Shown here: positions 1 to 8,462 of the stretch, piece after piece | Position numbering within the stretch: the stretch's first letter is position 1 | Layout of the letters: each line of letters starts with the position of its first letter | The notes under the pieces: generated by a model | Database searches by the model: none | What the model was told of the DNA's origin: nothing | What the model saw: only the letters and a program-made list of their open reading frames with translations | Made by a program: the position numbers and the translations under genes | NCBI GenBank assembly: GCA_963677485.1 | Contig: OY781964.1 | Coordinates: 4,128,001 to 4,192,000 of the forward strand | DNA length: 64,000 nt | DNA from: Armatimonadota bacterium | Lineage (GTDB): Bacteria; Armatimonadota; HRBIN16 | Direction: 5' to 3'

Positions 1-268
1 GTTTGGCCCTGGTCCTGGTGTGGACAGAGGCGGGCTGATCAGTTTTAACTTCAAGCATGTACACCCACACGATGTGAGTCAGCTTCTGGACAGCGAAGCG
101 GTGGCCGTAAGAGCAGGGCACCACTGCTGTCAGTTGGCCATGCGCAAGCTGGACGTGGCCGCCACCGTGCGCGCCAGCTTCTACATTTATAACAATGAAG
201 AGGACATCAAAGCTCTTCAGCATAGCCTGCAAGCAGTCAGAAAGGTATTTGGCACCTACAATGGATGA
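1..268 (+). CDS. sufS: SufS-type cysteine desulfurase, C-terminal part (runs off left edge)
   Basis: HPHDV...VRAGHHC...RASFYIYN is the group II (SufS/CsdA) catalytic-Cys motif; directly upstream of sufU. Confidence 0.9.
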   Translation, partial: FGPGPGVDRGGLISFNFKHVHPHDVSQLLDSEAVAVRAGHHCCQLAMRKLDVAATVRASFYIYNNEEDIKALQHSLQAVRKVFGTYNG

Positions 269-689
269 AGGACTTTATCGAGAGATCATTCTCGATCACT
301 ATCAAAACCCGCGCCACAAAGGCTGTTGCAACACGGCCAACTGCAAGGCGCATGGTCATAACCCGCTCTGCGGCGATGACATCACCATCACGGCGCATCT
401 GGAAGCAGGCAAGGTGAAGTGCCTCTGCTTTGACGGCAAGGGCTGCTCGATCAGCCAGAGCTCCGCCAGCATGATGACCGAGGCTGTGATCGGGCTGTCG
501 ATCGAAGAGGCCAAGCATGAGATCAAGAAGATCAAGGCGATGTTCAAAGGCGAGGCGCATGAGGCCATTGACGAGGACAGCGACTTAGCCACTCTGGAGG
601 GCGTGAAGCAGTTCCCTGTGCGTATTAAGTGCGCACTGCTGCCTTGGACCACCCTAGAAGAAGCATTGGAGGAACCCAGTGAAGCTTGA
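261..689 (+). CDS. sufU: SUF system NifU-like Fe-S assembly protein
   Basis: LYREIILDHY, NPLCGD, GCSISQSS and RIKCALL motifs; ATG at 261 overlaps the sufS end (ORF track start at 195 is too early). Confidence 0.93.
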   Translation: MDEGLYREIILDHYQNPRHKGCCNTANCKAHGHNPLCGDDITITAHLEAGKVKCLCFDGKGCSISQSSASMMTEAVIGLSIEEAKHEIKKIKAMFKGEAHEAIDEDSDLATLEGVKQFPVRIKCALLPWTTLEEALEEPSEA

Positions 690-996
690 TGAACAGCAAC
701 TCGAAATCTGCCGCGAAACTCTGAAGAACGTGGTCGACCCTGAGCTGGCGATCGACATCGTAAACCTGGGTCTGGTGTACGGTGTGGACAGCGATGAGGA
801 TGGCAAAGTGCTGGTGACCATGACTCTGACCAGCCCTGGATGCCCTCTGGCACCCGAGATCGAAGCTGATGTGCGCATGTACCTGAAGGAGCTGCCTTTT
901 GTCACCGACGCCATGGTGAACTGGACCTGGAGTCCGCGCTGGGACCCTGAGACGATGGCCTCCGAAGACGCCCGCCTGGATCTGGGCCTCTGGTAG
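679..996 (+). CDS. sufT: DUF59/SufT-like metal-sulfur cluster assembly factor
   Basis: DPEL...IVNLGLVY, MTLTSPGCP and W.P.W.P..MASEDAR signature; overlaps sufU. Confidence 0.85.
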   Translation: MKLDEQQLEICRETLKNVVDPELAIDIVNLGLVYGVDSDEDGKVLVTMTLTSPGCPLAPEIEADVRMYLKELPFVTDAMVNWTWSPRWDPETMASEDARLDLGLW

Positions 997-1067
997 TCAC
1001 CGTGTGTTCGTGCGGCGTCGGGTGGCAGGATTGAGGCGAATGCGGTAAAATATTGCGGGACACATCG

Positions 1068-1144
1068 CGGGGTGTAGCTCAGCTTGGTAGAGCGCTTGCT
1101 TTGGGAGCAAGATGTCGCAGGTTCGAATCCTGTCACCCCGACCA
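1068..1144 (+). tRNA. tRNA-Pro(TGG)
   Basis: CGGGGTG acceptor stem pairing with CACCCCG, D-arm AGCTCAGCTTGGTAGAGCG, anticodon arm CTTGC-TTTGGGA-GCAAG, GGTTCGAATCC T-loop, encoded CCA. Confidence 0.97.
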
Positions 1145-1202
1145 CCACTTGTCCCAACTCCACAGTTTTTCTTCACAGATCATCCGCTTGTATGCATCAC
1201 CC

Positions 1203-1291
1203 GGAGAGGGAAATTCTCACGCGAAGACGCGAAGGCGCGAAGAGGGAGAGGGATTCTGTCACGCGGAGCCGAAGAGTGCGCGGAGGGATAG
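1203..1291. repeat. Short REP-like tandem motif (GGAGAGGGA..TCACGCG.AG twice; CGCGAAG three times)
   Basis: Internal direct repeats visible just after tRNA-Pro; GGAGAGGGATT recurs at about 8384. Confidence 0.45.
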
Positions 1292-1316
1292 CCTGGACCT
1301 CTAAAGTCACATCCTG

Positions 1317-1952
1317 CTATTTAAAATCTATAGCTATACACTTCCAAGAATCATCTGCCTTATCCTCTTCCAACAAGCATGTAAAACTTTTCCGAAGAGT
1401 GGCCCCGAAGGCATTTTGCGAATCAAAATATCCAAAAACGCTATACTGATTTTCCGTCAACTGCTCGATTTTCACACCTTCGGCACCGGAGTTCGGAAAT
1501 ACTGCAGAAGTCGGCGACACTAGTTTTTTCTTCACAAACTCACATGCACATACCCATACTTCCGATGAGTTGAATTGTTGCTGACTAGATGCCGTAGTGG
1601 AACTTGAATCTTTTGGCTTATCTGAGTTGGTCATGCCTAGTATGAACACAATAATAACCCACACTAGAACGCTCAATGCCATTATATTGGTTTTCGTGGT
1701 AAATCGTCTGGACTGTCTGGCGGATTAACCAGGTATAGGACGTTGGTTTGCTTGTTTACCAGGAGAAACTGACGATTGTGTTCTTTGCGGTTGGCTACTG
1801 GCTTGTGCTGCTTGCTGACGCCGCTTCACCTCGTTGATGTCTGGTGCGCCAGGCCGCTGATATGGCTTGCAATAAGGGCAGTATACATCGGATTCCCGTA
1901 ATGAACGGCGGCAATTTACGCAATACACAGGATACGGGATTTTTGACGCCAT
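1317..1952 (-). pseudogene. Zn-ribbon + TM + DSQN.FGA-domain membrane protein, split by one in-frame TAA at 1725-1727
   Basis: ORFs 1725..1952 and 1317..1682 share a frame with open codons between them (SARQSRRFTTKTNI); together they match the architecture of intact paralog 2050..2883. Confidence 0.8.
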
Positions 1953-2049
1953 TGTGACACCACCTCACATTCGACATGCCATAATAACAGTATTATACCT
2001 GTGTATTTACATTGAACGATCAGCATGATGATCGATCGGATATTAGATT

Positions 2050-2883
2050 CTATTCATCAAACTCAAAAGCGATTATTGTCCAATTATCACTGCTGATATT
2101 TTCTTTAAGGATACAGGTGAACCATGTTCTTAACATGGCACCGAATGAATTTTGCGAATCTACATACCCACGCACTGTATAGGAATCGGGTGAAATTTCG
2201 TTAACTACTACACCAGGTTCAGATGAATATGGAAATTGGGCAGAATGTGGTGATTTTAACTTGGCCCTGACATATTCGCACGTCATTACCCAGGCACCCG
2301 ATATATTGGCTACATGCTGAGGTGGCGCTGGTGGTGTCGGTGGAGTTTCACTCAACAACCATGGTGTGGGCTGTGGCTGTGTATTCACATTCGGCCTCGA
2401 ATTGATACCGCTAGGAGATCCAGCAGTATGAGTTTTATTAATCGATGAAGGTGTGTCAGATAAATATGAAGGACTAAACAATGCGATTAACACAATCACT
2501 CCTAGAACGCCCATTACTACATTCGAACAAGATATGCCAGACCGCACTGGTGGTATTTGCGCAGGCGCCTGCGGTACCTGTAGTCGTGCCTGTGGCGGCG
2601 GGGGTGTGATGATAGGCTCTTGTATAGGTTTCGCTTGTTGCGCTTGCTTGGCTGCTATTGCTTCTTGTTGCGTTTTCCAAGATACTGCTTGTTCATTTGG
2701 TGGTTGCGCTTGTTTAGCTCCTTGTGCTGCCTGCTGCGCTGTTTGCTGACGCCGCTTCACCTCGTTGATGTCTGGTGCGCCAGGCCGCTGATCTTGCTTG
2801 CAATAAGGGCAGTATACGTCGGATTCCCGCAATGAACGGCGGCAATTAACGCAATACACAGGATACGGATTTTGTGATTCCAT
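2050..2883 (-). CDS. Hypothetical single-pass membrane protein: N-terminal CxxC-x10-CxxC Zn ribbon, Q/P-rich linker, TM helix, C-terminal LKSP.SA.F / VDSQNSFGA domain
   Basis: ORF translation; RBS GAGGTG upstream; paralogy with 1317..1952 and 7767..8279. Confidence 0.8.
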   Translation of the reverse strand: MESQNPYPVYCVNCRRSLRESDVYCPYCKQDQRPGAPDINEVKRRQQTAQQAAQGAKQAQPPNEQAVSWKTQQEAIAAKQAQQAKPIQEPIITPPPPQARLQVPQAPAQIPPVRSGISCSNVVMGVLGVIVLIALFSPSYLSDTPSSINKTHTAGSPSGINSRPNVNTQPQPTPWLLSETPPTPPAPPQHVANISGAWVMTCEYVRAKLKSPHSAQFPYSSEPGVVVNEISPDSYTVRGYVDSQNSFGAMLRTWFTCILKENISSDNWTIIAFEFDE

Positions 2884-3086
2884 AGTGATACCACCTCACT
2901 TTACAGATAGTATGCCCACGTTTGCTACAAAACGATAATACTACAAAGGTCACTTGCCCTTCTTTGTGGTTCGACCATTGGCCGGGCACGAGGACACCCG
3001 AACACTACGGTTGTTTACAAAACAACGCCGGAAATACACGGCAAAACAATATCGCCTCGGTCCTCTAGTTAGCTGCGATGAACCGG

Positions 3087-3887
3087 CTATTCATCTTGCA
3101 GTGAAACAACAGGCCCAATGGCCTGTGTTACTTCAGTATCATCTATCTTCGCTTTGTATGTCCATGCGGTTCCAGGACCTAACTAATCTATGCCTGCCGA
3201 GGTACGGCCCAACAAGCTGCCTGAGCTGTCATATAAGTCATACGTGATTTTAATATACGAAAAAGTTTTCTTTGAAGTGTTTTTGATTGTTCCAGCAATA
3301 AAACGGCTACTTCCTATGGTCTTTATATAACCCGGAGTAGCTATAAACCATATTGCAGGCTTTTTACGCTCAGTTGTTCGAGATCCTACACGCTCGAATG
3401 TTTCATCAGGCTGACCTTTTTTAATCCATTCCCACGGAGCTACTTGCTTACCGTGGTAGCCCCATAGTCCAGCCTTTACTGCCTGCGCTTTTTCTTGAAC
3501 TAGCTTATATTTCTCGCTGTTCGCCCAAGCATGGCCTTTTTCAACCATGATGGCGTTTATATCTTGGTCACCTAACTTTACATAACCTATGATAGAGTTC
3601 CAGCGGTCGCGACCTACTTCGTCCACAGTAATTTGCTTACCGTAGACCATAACACTCAGTGCTCTTGTTGAGATATTCTCGCAGAGTTGCCCAACTTCCG
3701 GTGCATCGATGCCGTATAGCGATACGTGCTCGGTCTTTCCATTTTGGCACTTTACCGTGATCGTGTTACCATCGGCTACCGCCGAAACTGTAGCTGTGAT
3801 TGGTGCCGATATACCGGGTAATGCCATCACAAATAGAACGGGTACGATTAGCCACATTGCGGAAACCGAGGCGTATATTCGGGACAT
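3087..3887 (-). pseudogene. Secreted thermonuclease (SNase)-like + FxLYD-domain protein, in-frame TAG at 3183-3185
   Basis: Signal peptide; DG.T, LYGIDAPE and INAIMVEKGHAW SNase motifs; GTIKNTS...YDLYD FxLYD domain continues in frame after the TAG (LGPGTAWTYKA...QDE*, stop at 3087). Confidence 0.72.
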
Positions 3888-4200
3888 GAGCGATTCTCCT
3901 TTTCAAGGCGCACTCAAGAATTGTTTTTATGATCAATCATGACTTATTCCTGTCTGTTAGCCCAGAATGTGTTCGTGTAATGACATTAGTATACCCACAT
4001 TTCTGCAGAAACGATCAGCATATTTCGTTATTTTGTATATAACCGTATGATCTGTTAATTGACCCACAGTATCCGATGTTATTTCTAAGCCGATACAGCT
4101 ACGGATCAGCTATTCTTGAGCGTTTTAGCATGCCACTGAATATGGAGGCGTAAGTTGCGTATCTTTGCTCACATTGTGCAGGCGCCACACTATGCCTGTG

Positions 4201-5208
4201 CTACTTGCGTTTTGCTATGGCCTTCTGAAGCCTTGTGATGCTTCGTTGGATTGTTTCAATCTGTGGTTGTGTTGGCACAACTCCAGTACGTCCTTCAGCC
4301 ATAGCGATCAATAGATCCAAAGCCTTCTGCTTCTCACCCATCTTTTCGTAACACATACGAAGACGGTCAAGATGCTTATATGCCGATAGGTGATCAGTCA
4401 GTTCATACATAAAATACTGCGCACACTTGACGTAGTTCTCGATCTTCCAAAAGCTCATACCATCCTCACGACGTTTCGCAAGGCTGTTGTTGATAGCAAT
4501 ATCTAGTTTGCGCCACGTGTCATGATAATTGTTATATACAAGCCGCTCTGAAAGCTCTTTTAGTGGACCAATAGGTGTCCCACTGTATATTTCATCCTGC
4601 AGCCATAACACAAGCAGATTGGAATAGTCGAGGCAATTCATTGATCCTGGAAGAGGAGGCAGGTTTTGCATTCCAGTTCGATTCGATGGCTTACCGAAGT
4701 AGTAACCAATTTCAACACTCAAAGATAAATCAGGTTGTGTGAACACATCTCTACCTGTCAGCCCACGTAGTTTCATCTGATTAGATACAAGAATCAAATG
4801 TGTGCCAAGTCCAGGGAACTTGCCATAGTTGAGGTGGAACATTGCGTCAGAAGCGCTGTAACCTTCAGGCTTATGCGGAATGATCTGAACGGTGGCTTGC
4901 GGGGGTATAGGCACGTTGTGCGATCCGACATTCGTCTCTTTGGTAGCAAGGTAGTAGATAACCACACCAAATGCAAGCAACCATAGTAGATATGTATAAA
5001 CTGTGCCTGCAATAATAACCAGCCCGATCGCACCACCTATAAGCACTTTGCGTATGGTGGGATCATCAAGCGGATTAATCTGCACTGGCTTTGCTGTCTG
5101 GCGAACTTCACCGCTGGCACTCCGTCCGCATCTGATGCAGTATTGTGATGATGCCGGCTGAAGGCTGCCACAGTGTAGGCAGGTGCGCATAGGATTAGGT
5201 GTGGGCAT
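4201..5208 (-). CDS. Hypothetical membrane protein with N-terminal Zn ribbon (CLHC...CIRC), TM segment and helical TPR-like C-terminus
   Basis: 335-aa ORF with Cys pairs and a hydrophobic stretch. Confidence 0.7.
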   Translation of the reverse strand: MPTPNPMRTCLHCGSLQPASSQYCIRCGRSASGEVRQTAKPVQINPLDDPTIRKVLIGGAIGLVIIAGTVYTYLLWLLAFGVVIYYLATKETNVGSHNVPIPPQATVQIIPHKPEGYSASDAMFHLNYGKFPGLGTHLILVSNQMKLRGLTGRDVFTQPDLSLSVEIGYYFGKPSNRTGMQNLPPLPGSMNCLDYSNLLVLWLQDEIYSGTPIGPLKELSERLVYNNYHDTWRKLDIAINNSLAKRREDGMSFWKIENYVKCAQYFMYELTDHLSAYKHLDRLRMCYEKMGEKQKALDLLIAMAEGRTGVVPTQPQIETIQRSITRLQKAIAKRK

Positions 5209-5420
5209 ATCGGAATCCTCGAGCCACAGAGATTAGTTACAGCGTTACGTTCACTGTAAGTATTCCGATATCCTTCTTTTTGCTTTGGTTTTCTGCAGCC
5301 GAAGGTTAGTTACACATCTTGCTCGATTAACATCGTTGCACATTCCGATGTATTACGCATAACGGCGTTATTAGTCTGTAGAAGAACCCATTCTCTTCAC
5401 CATACCCAGCAAATCGGCGG

Positions 5421-5589
5421 TCATCCAATATGCTCGCCGTAGAATATACCCGGTCTGCCTACCGCCTCGATAACCGCCCGTAACCAGATGACGATACCTG
5501 CCATGCCACCAATAGCAACACTAGTACCAATCCGAGCTTAAACTTCCAGCTACCATACCTTTAGGTGTAAATCCAACGATAGTGACCGC
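5421..5589 (-). pseudogene. Degenerate 3' fragment of a paralog of 7767..8279
   Basis: Reads GHYRWIYT*RYGSWKFKLGLVL, frameshift, then IVIWLRAVIEAVGRPGIFY; paralog reads GHFTWIYTYRYDSWKFWLGLVL...IVFWLWAVIETVGRPDSFY; truncated where the repeat at 5592 begins. Confidence 0.8.
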
Positions 5590-5591
5590 AT

Positions 5592-5656
5592 CTCTCCATC
5601 CGAACCTGTCCGTGCCATCCGTGTAATCCGTGGTTCAGACAAAAAGCAGCTCAGAC
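5592..5656. repeat. 65-bp direct repeat copy 1 flanking the TA module
   Basis: 61/65 identical to 6319..6383 by eye. Confidence 0.9.
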
Positions 5657-5668
5657 TATCTGCCAAAC

Positions 5669-5977
5669 TCAACTATGAGAGTCGCGGAAATCTTCTACCA
5701 AACGCGACAACCCGTCCATTCGCTGGTAGATATCTTTACGATGGCCTGCTCTGACGATCAGTACATACAACTCCTGCTGAATGACGGCATATACAATCCT
5801 GTAGTCACCTTGGCGGATACGGTAACAGTCATCCTGCCCTGCGATCTTGCGGCATCCAGCAGGCCGAGGGTCTTCCGCTAGACGGTCAATTTGCTCTGCG
5901 AGCTTGGCTTGTATCTCTTTTGGTAGCTTGGCAAAAGAATCCATGGCTTTGGCTGTAAACTCAATGCGGTAACTCAA
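5669..5977 (-). CDS. relE: Type II toxin, RelE/ParE family
   Basis: Y.IEFT..A...F.KL, L.EDPRP.GC.K, YRIRQGDYRIVY, GHRKDIY; overlaps antitoxin stop. Confidence 0.9.
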   Translation of the reverse strand: MSYRIEFTAKAMDSFAKLPKEIQAKLAEQIDRLAEDPRPAGCRKIAGQDDCYRIRQGDYRIVYAVIQQELYVLIVRAGHRKDIYQRMDGLSRLVEDFRDSHS

Positions 5978-6240
5978 AGCCCTAGTTCCGATTTAACCTG
6001 CTCCCAGGGTAGTGTCTTACCTTCACGGATTTCGTTCAGCGTCGCCCGTATATCGTCAGAATCAATATCATCTTCAAGCCGATCGATGATCTTTTCCAGC
6101 AACATGAGATCTTCAAGAGGGATGATGGCTACCATCTTCTTTCCGTTGCGCGTGACCACCACCCGATCTTTCGAAAACGCCGTATGGCTCACTAGCTCGC
6201 TGAATGCGTTTCTCGCTTGTTCCGCCGTGATTGTCGTCAT
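5974..6240 (-). CDS. Type II antitoxin, Phd/YefM family
   Basis: ITAEQARNAFSELV...VVVTRNGK..VAIIP Phd fold; acidic C-terminus PWEQVKSELGL; ATG 6240 with GGAGG RBS. Confidence 0.9.
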   Translation of the reverse strand: MTTITAEQARNAFSELVSHTAFSKDRVVVTRNGKKMVAIIPLEDLMLLEKIIDRLEDDIDSDDIRATLNEIREGKTLPWEQVKSELGL

Positions 6241-6264
6241 TTTGAAAACCTCCAAAACTTGCAG

Positions 6265-6282
6265 ACTGTACAGTTATTGTAC
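6265..6282 (-). promoter_or_regulatory. Probable TA autoregulatory operator (ACTGTACAGT palindrome plus a second TGTAC)
   Basis: Perfect 10-bp palindrome just upstream of the antitoxin; TGTACA cores are typical of YefM/Axe-type operators. Confidence 0.6.
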
Positions 6283-6318
6283 CTGAGTTTAGATACCAAC
6301 CTTGCATCCAAACAGCAC

Positions 6319-6383
6319 CTCTCCATCCGAACCCATCCGTGTCATGCGTGTAATCCGTGGTTCAGACAAAAAGCAGCTCAGAC
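6319..6383. repeat. 65-bp direct repeat copy 2 flanking the TA module
   Basis: Matches 5592..5656. Confidence 0.9.
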
Positions 6384-6541
6384 AACACGATGGCTGCTCT
6401 GACGGCCAAAAATACAAATCCTGATGCATGACTCCCATAGCGCAAGCTGCCGATGTATACTGAAACCGGTAAGTGCAGTGATCAGCAAAAGACAGGGTTA
6501 CCCGGTTCTGCATGGGTGATCTGGACAAAATAGGAGCTATC

Positions 6542-7186
6542 ATGGCGATAATTGGTATAAGCGGCAGCCCCACCCCCAACAGTAATGTAGATAGAATGGT
6601 CCAGATGCTGCTACACGAAAGCGGCAAGGAAACCAAGTTTGTAAAACTGAGCAAACTCAATTTCTTTCCCTGTCGGGGATGTGCCCATCTCTGTGCAGCT
6701 ACTGCCATGTGTGGTCAGAAAGATGATTTGCATCCCTTTCTCGCTGACATCAGAGATGCGGAAGCTTTGGTCATCGGAAGTCCCAGGCATCATGGCACGA
6801 TGACGGCCTCGACATATAGCTTTTTCTCACGTCTTTGGTGTTTTCTCCACGATAACTGTGTTATTTACCATAAACCTGTCGTTTTTGTCTCATCTGGTCT
6901 TTGTGATAAAGAACATGCTCGAGGGACCTTTGGTGCTTCATTGGTTCAAGAACATGAGTTCAATGTGTTGGGTGAAGTGTATTACCAGAGCTTTAATCCC
7001 CCATGTATTAAGTGTGGCAAAGGGAATACATGTATGAACCACGGAGGGCTTTGGAATCTGCTGGGTAGAAATGAAGAGGCACTTCGGAATTACGACCTAT
7101 CAGCTCATCACTTTACCCAGTTTGAAGAGGACCAGGAGACCATCGATGAGATTATAAGGTATGGAAAAATACTTTCAACCCTCTAA
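6542..7186 (+). CDS. Flavodoxin-like iron-sulfur flavoprotein / NADPH-dependent FMN reductase family
   Basis: IIGISGSP, CRGCAHLC..TAMC Cys cluster, KDDL, ALVIGSP; AGGAG RBS before ATG 6542. Confidence 0.82.
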   Translation: MAIIGISGSPTPNSNVDRMVQMLLHESGKETKFVKLSKLNFFPCRGCAHLCAATAMCGQKDDLHPFLADIRDAEALVIGSPRHHGTMTASTYSFFSRLWCFLHDNCVIYHKPVVFVSSGLCDKEHARGTFGASLVQEHEFNVLGEVYYQSFNPPCIKCGKGNTCMNHGGLWNLLGRNEEALRNYDLSAHHFTQFEEDQETIDEIIRYGKILSTL

Positions 7187-7230
7187 ATGCATCAAGAAAA
7201 GAAACTTATAGATGACGGGAGAGAGCAAAT

Positions 7231-7629
7231 ATGACTGCGCACAATGAAAACACTGATCCGCGCGGGGGCAAAAAGACCGTAATGTCTGTTCGACCCTGGG
7301 GAGATATCCATATGGTCGTGCGGAACCAGAAATGTTCCGTTGATCTGACTCACGTTAAGCCAGGGGAGAGGGCCAGTCTCCACTCCCACGCTGTGCGTAC
7401 TGAACTTTTTCACTTTATGGACGATGGGGCCTATTTGGAAATTGATGGTGAGATCACCAGGCCAAAAGCCCACGAAGAAGTACTCATCCTGCCGGGTATG
7501 CAGCACCGTTTCTGGGCGGAAAATATAGATTTTCGCATGTTGGTGGTCTGTTTCGGAGAGTGGACGGTAGAAGATCAGGTCCGTCATGAAGATGACTACG
7601 GCCGTGAAGGCACTAGGCTAGAGATCTAA
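7231..7629 (+). CDS. Cupin protein, mannose-6-phosphate isomerase type II C-terminal-like
   Basis: RPWG, V.PG.R.SLHSH..R.E, HR, EDD YGR motifs. Confidence 0.8.
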   Translation: MTAHNENTDPRGGKKTVMSVRPWGDIHMVVRNQKCSVDLTHVKPGERASLHSHAVRTELFHFMDDGAYLEIDGEITRPKAHEEVLILPGMQHRFWAENIDFRMLVVCFGEWTVEDQVRHEDDYGREGTRLEI

Positions 7630-7679
7630 CCATAAAGATTTCGTGGGAGTGAACCAAGCAGAAGCAACCAAAACCTTAC

Positions 7680-7738
7680 CCTCGCCATCCGCAAACCCCC
7701 GTACCCTCTGTGTCCTCTGTGTCCTCTGTGGTTCAGAC
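7680..7738. repeat. REP-like repeat variant (CTCTGTGTC tandem ending in GTGGTTCAGAC)
   Basis: Shares the C.CCATCCG.AACC start and GTGGTTCAGAC end with 5592/6319. Confidence 0.6.
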
Positions 7739-7766
7739 TTCTCTTCGGTCTGCATCACGGAGTAAG

Positions 7767-8279
7767 TTATACGGGATATTGTTCATAGAATGAATCCGGT
7801 CTGCCGACTGTCTCAATAACGGCCCATAGCCAGAAGACGATACTCGCTACGCTACAAGTCACCACACTTAGTACCAGTCCCAGCCAAAACTTCCAGCTAT
7901 CATATCTGTAGGTGTAAATCCAAGTGAAGTGACCAAATATGATTGCCAGGATCAACGCGGTGGATTTGTTTTTCACAGGGGCATTGGTCAGCCGATAAGG
8001 GGCCATCGGCAGCGGTTCCTGGAATCCCGGATATTGCGATTGCCTGGCCGCGATTGCTTCCTGTTGTGCTTTCCATGATATTGCCTGGCCACCTGGTTGT
8101 TGCGGTTGGCTAGCTGCCTGCGCTGCCTGCGCTGCGGCTTGTTGACGCATCTTCTCCACGTTGATGTCTGGCGCGCCCGGCGGCTGGTCTTGCTGGCAAT
8201 AGGGGCAGCACACGTCGGTTTCCCTTATTGCACGGCGGCAGTTCACGCAATACACAGGATAGGGGTTATTCGACGCCAT
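7767..8279 (-). CDS. Zn-ribbon + TM2-like membrane protein
   Basis: N-terminus NPYPVYCVNCRR nearly identical to 2050..2883; C-terminus KNKSTALILAIIFG is TM2-like. Confidence 0.8.
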   Translation of the reverse strand: MASNNPYPVYCVNCRRAIRETDVCCPYCQQDQPPGAPDINVEKMRQQAAAQAAQAASQPQQPGGQAISWKAQQEAIAARQSQYPGFQEPLPMAPYRLTNAPVKNKSTALILAIIFGHFTWIYTYRYDSWKFWLGLVLSVVTCSVASIVFWLWAVIETVGRPDSFYEQYPV

Positions 8280-8345
8280 GAAGCCACCTCGGATTTCTGA
8301 TCGGTAACGACATCAGTATACCCACGTTGACCACAAATAAGACGG

Positions 8346-8441
8346 ACCACGGATAAAACGGGTGACGCGGATTATGCGGATGGGGAGAGGGATTGGTCCA
8401 TCCGCGGTTCAGACGGGGAATGTCCTGTCTGAACCGCGGAT
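8346..8441. repeat. REP-like element with inverted pair ATCCGCGGTTCAGAC / GTCTGAACCGCGGAT
   Basis: 15-bp perfect inverted repeat at 8400..8441 plus an upstream CCACGGAT/CGCGGATT unit. Confidence 0.75.
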
Positions 8442-8462
8442 TTACCGAAGGGCAGTATACCT

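Noticed and set aside
3183-3185. Stop-codon reassignment or pyrrolysine readthrough
   Set aside because: TAG and TAA terminate conserved genes normally in this window (e.g. dxr TAG, uppS TAA), and no pyl genes or suppressor tRNA are seen.
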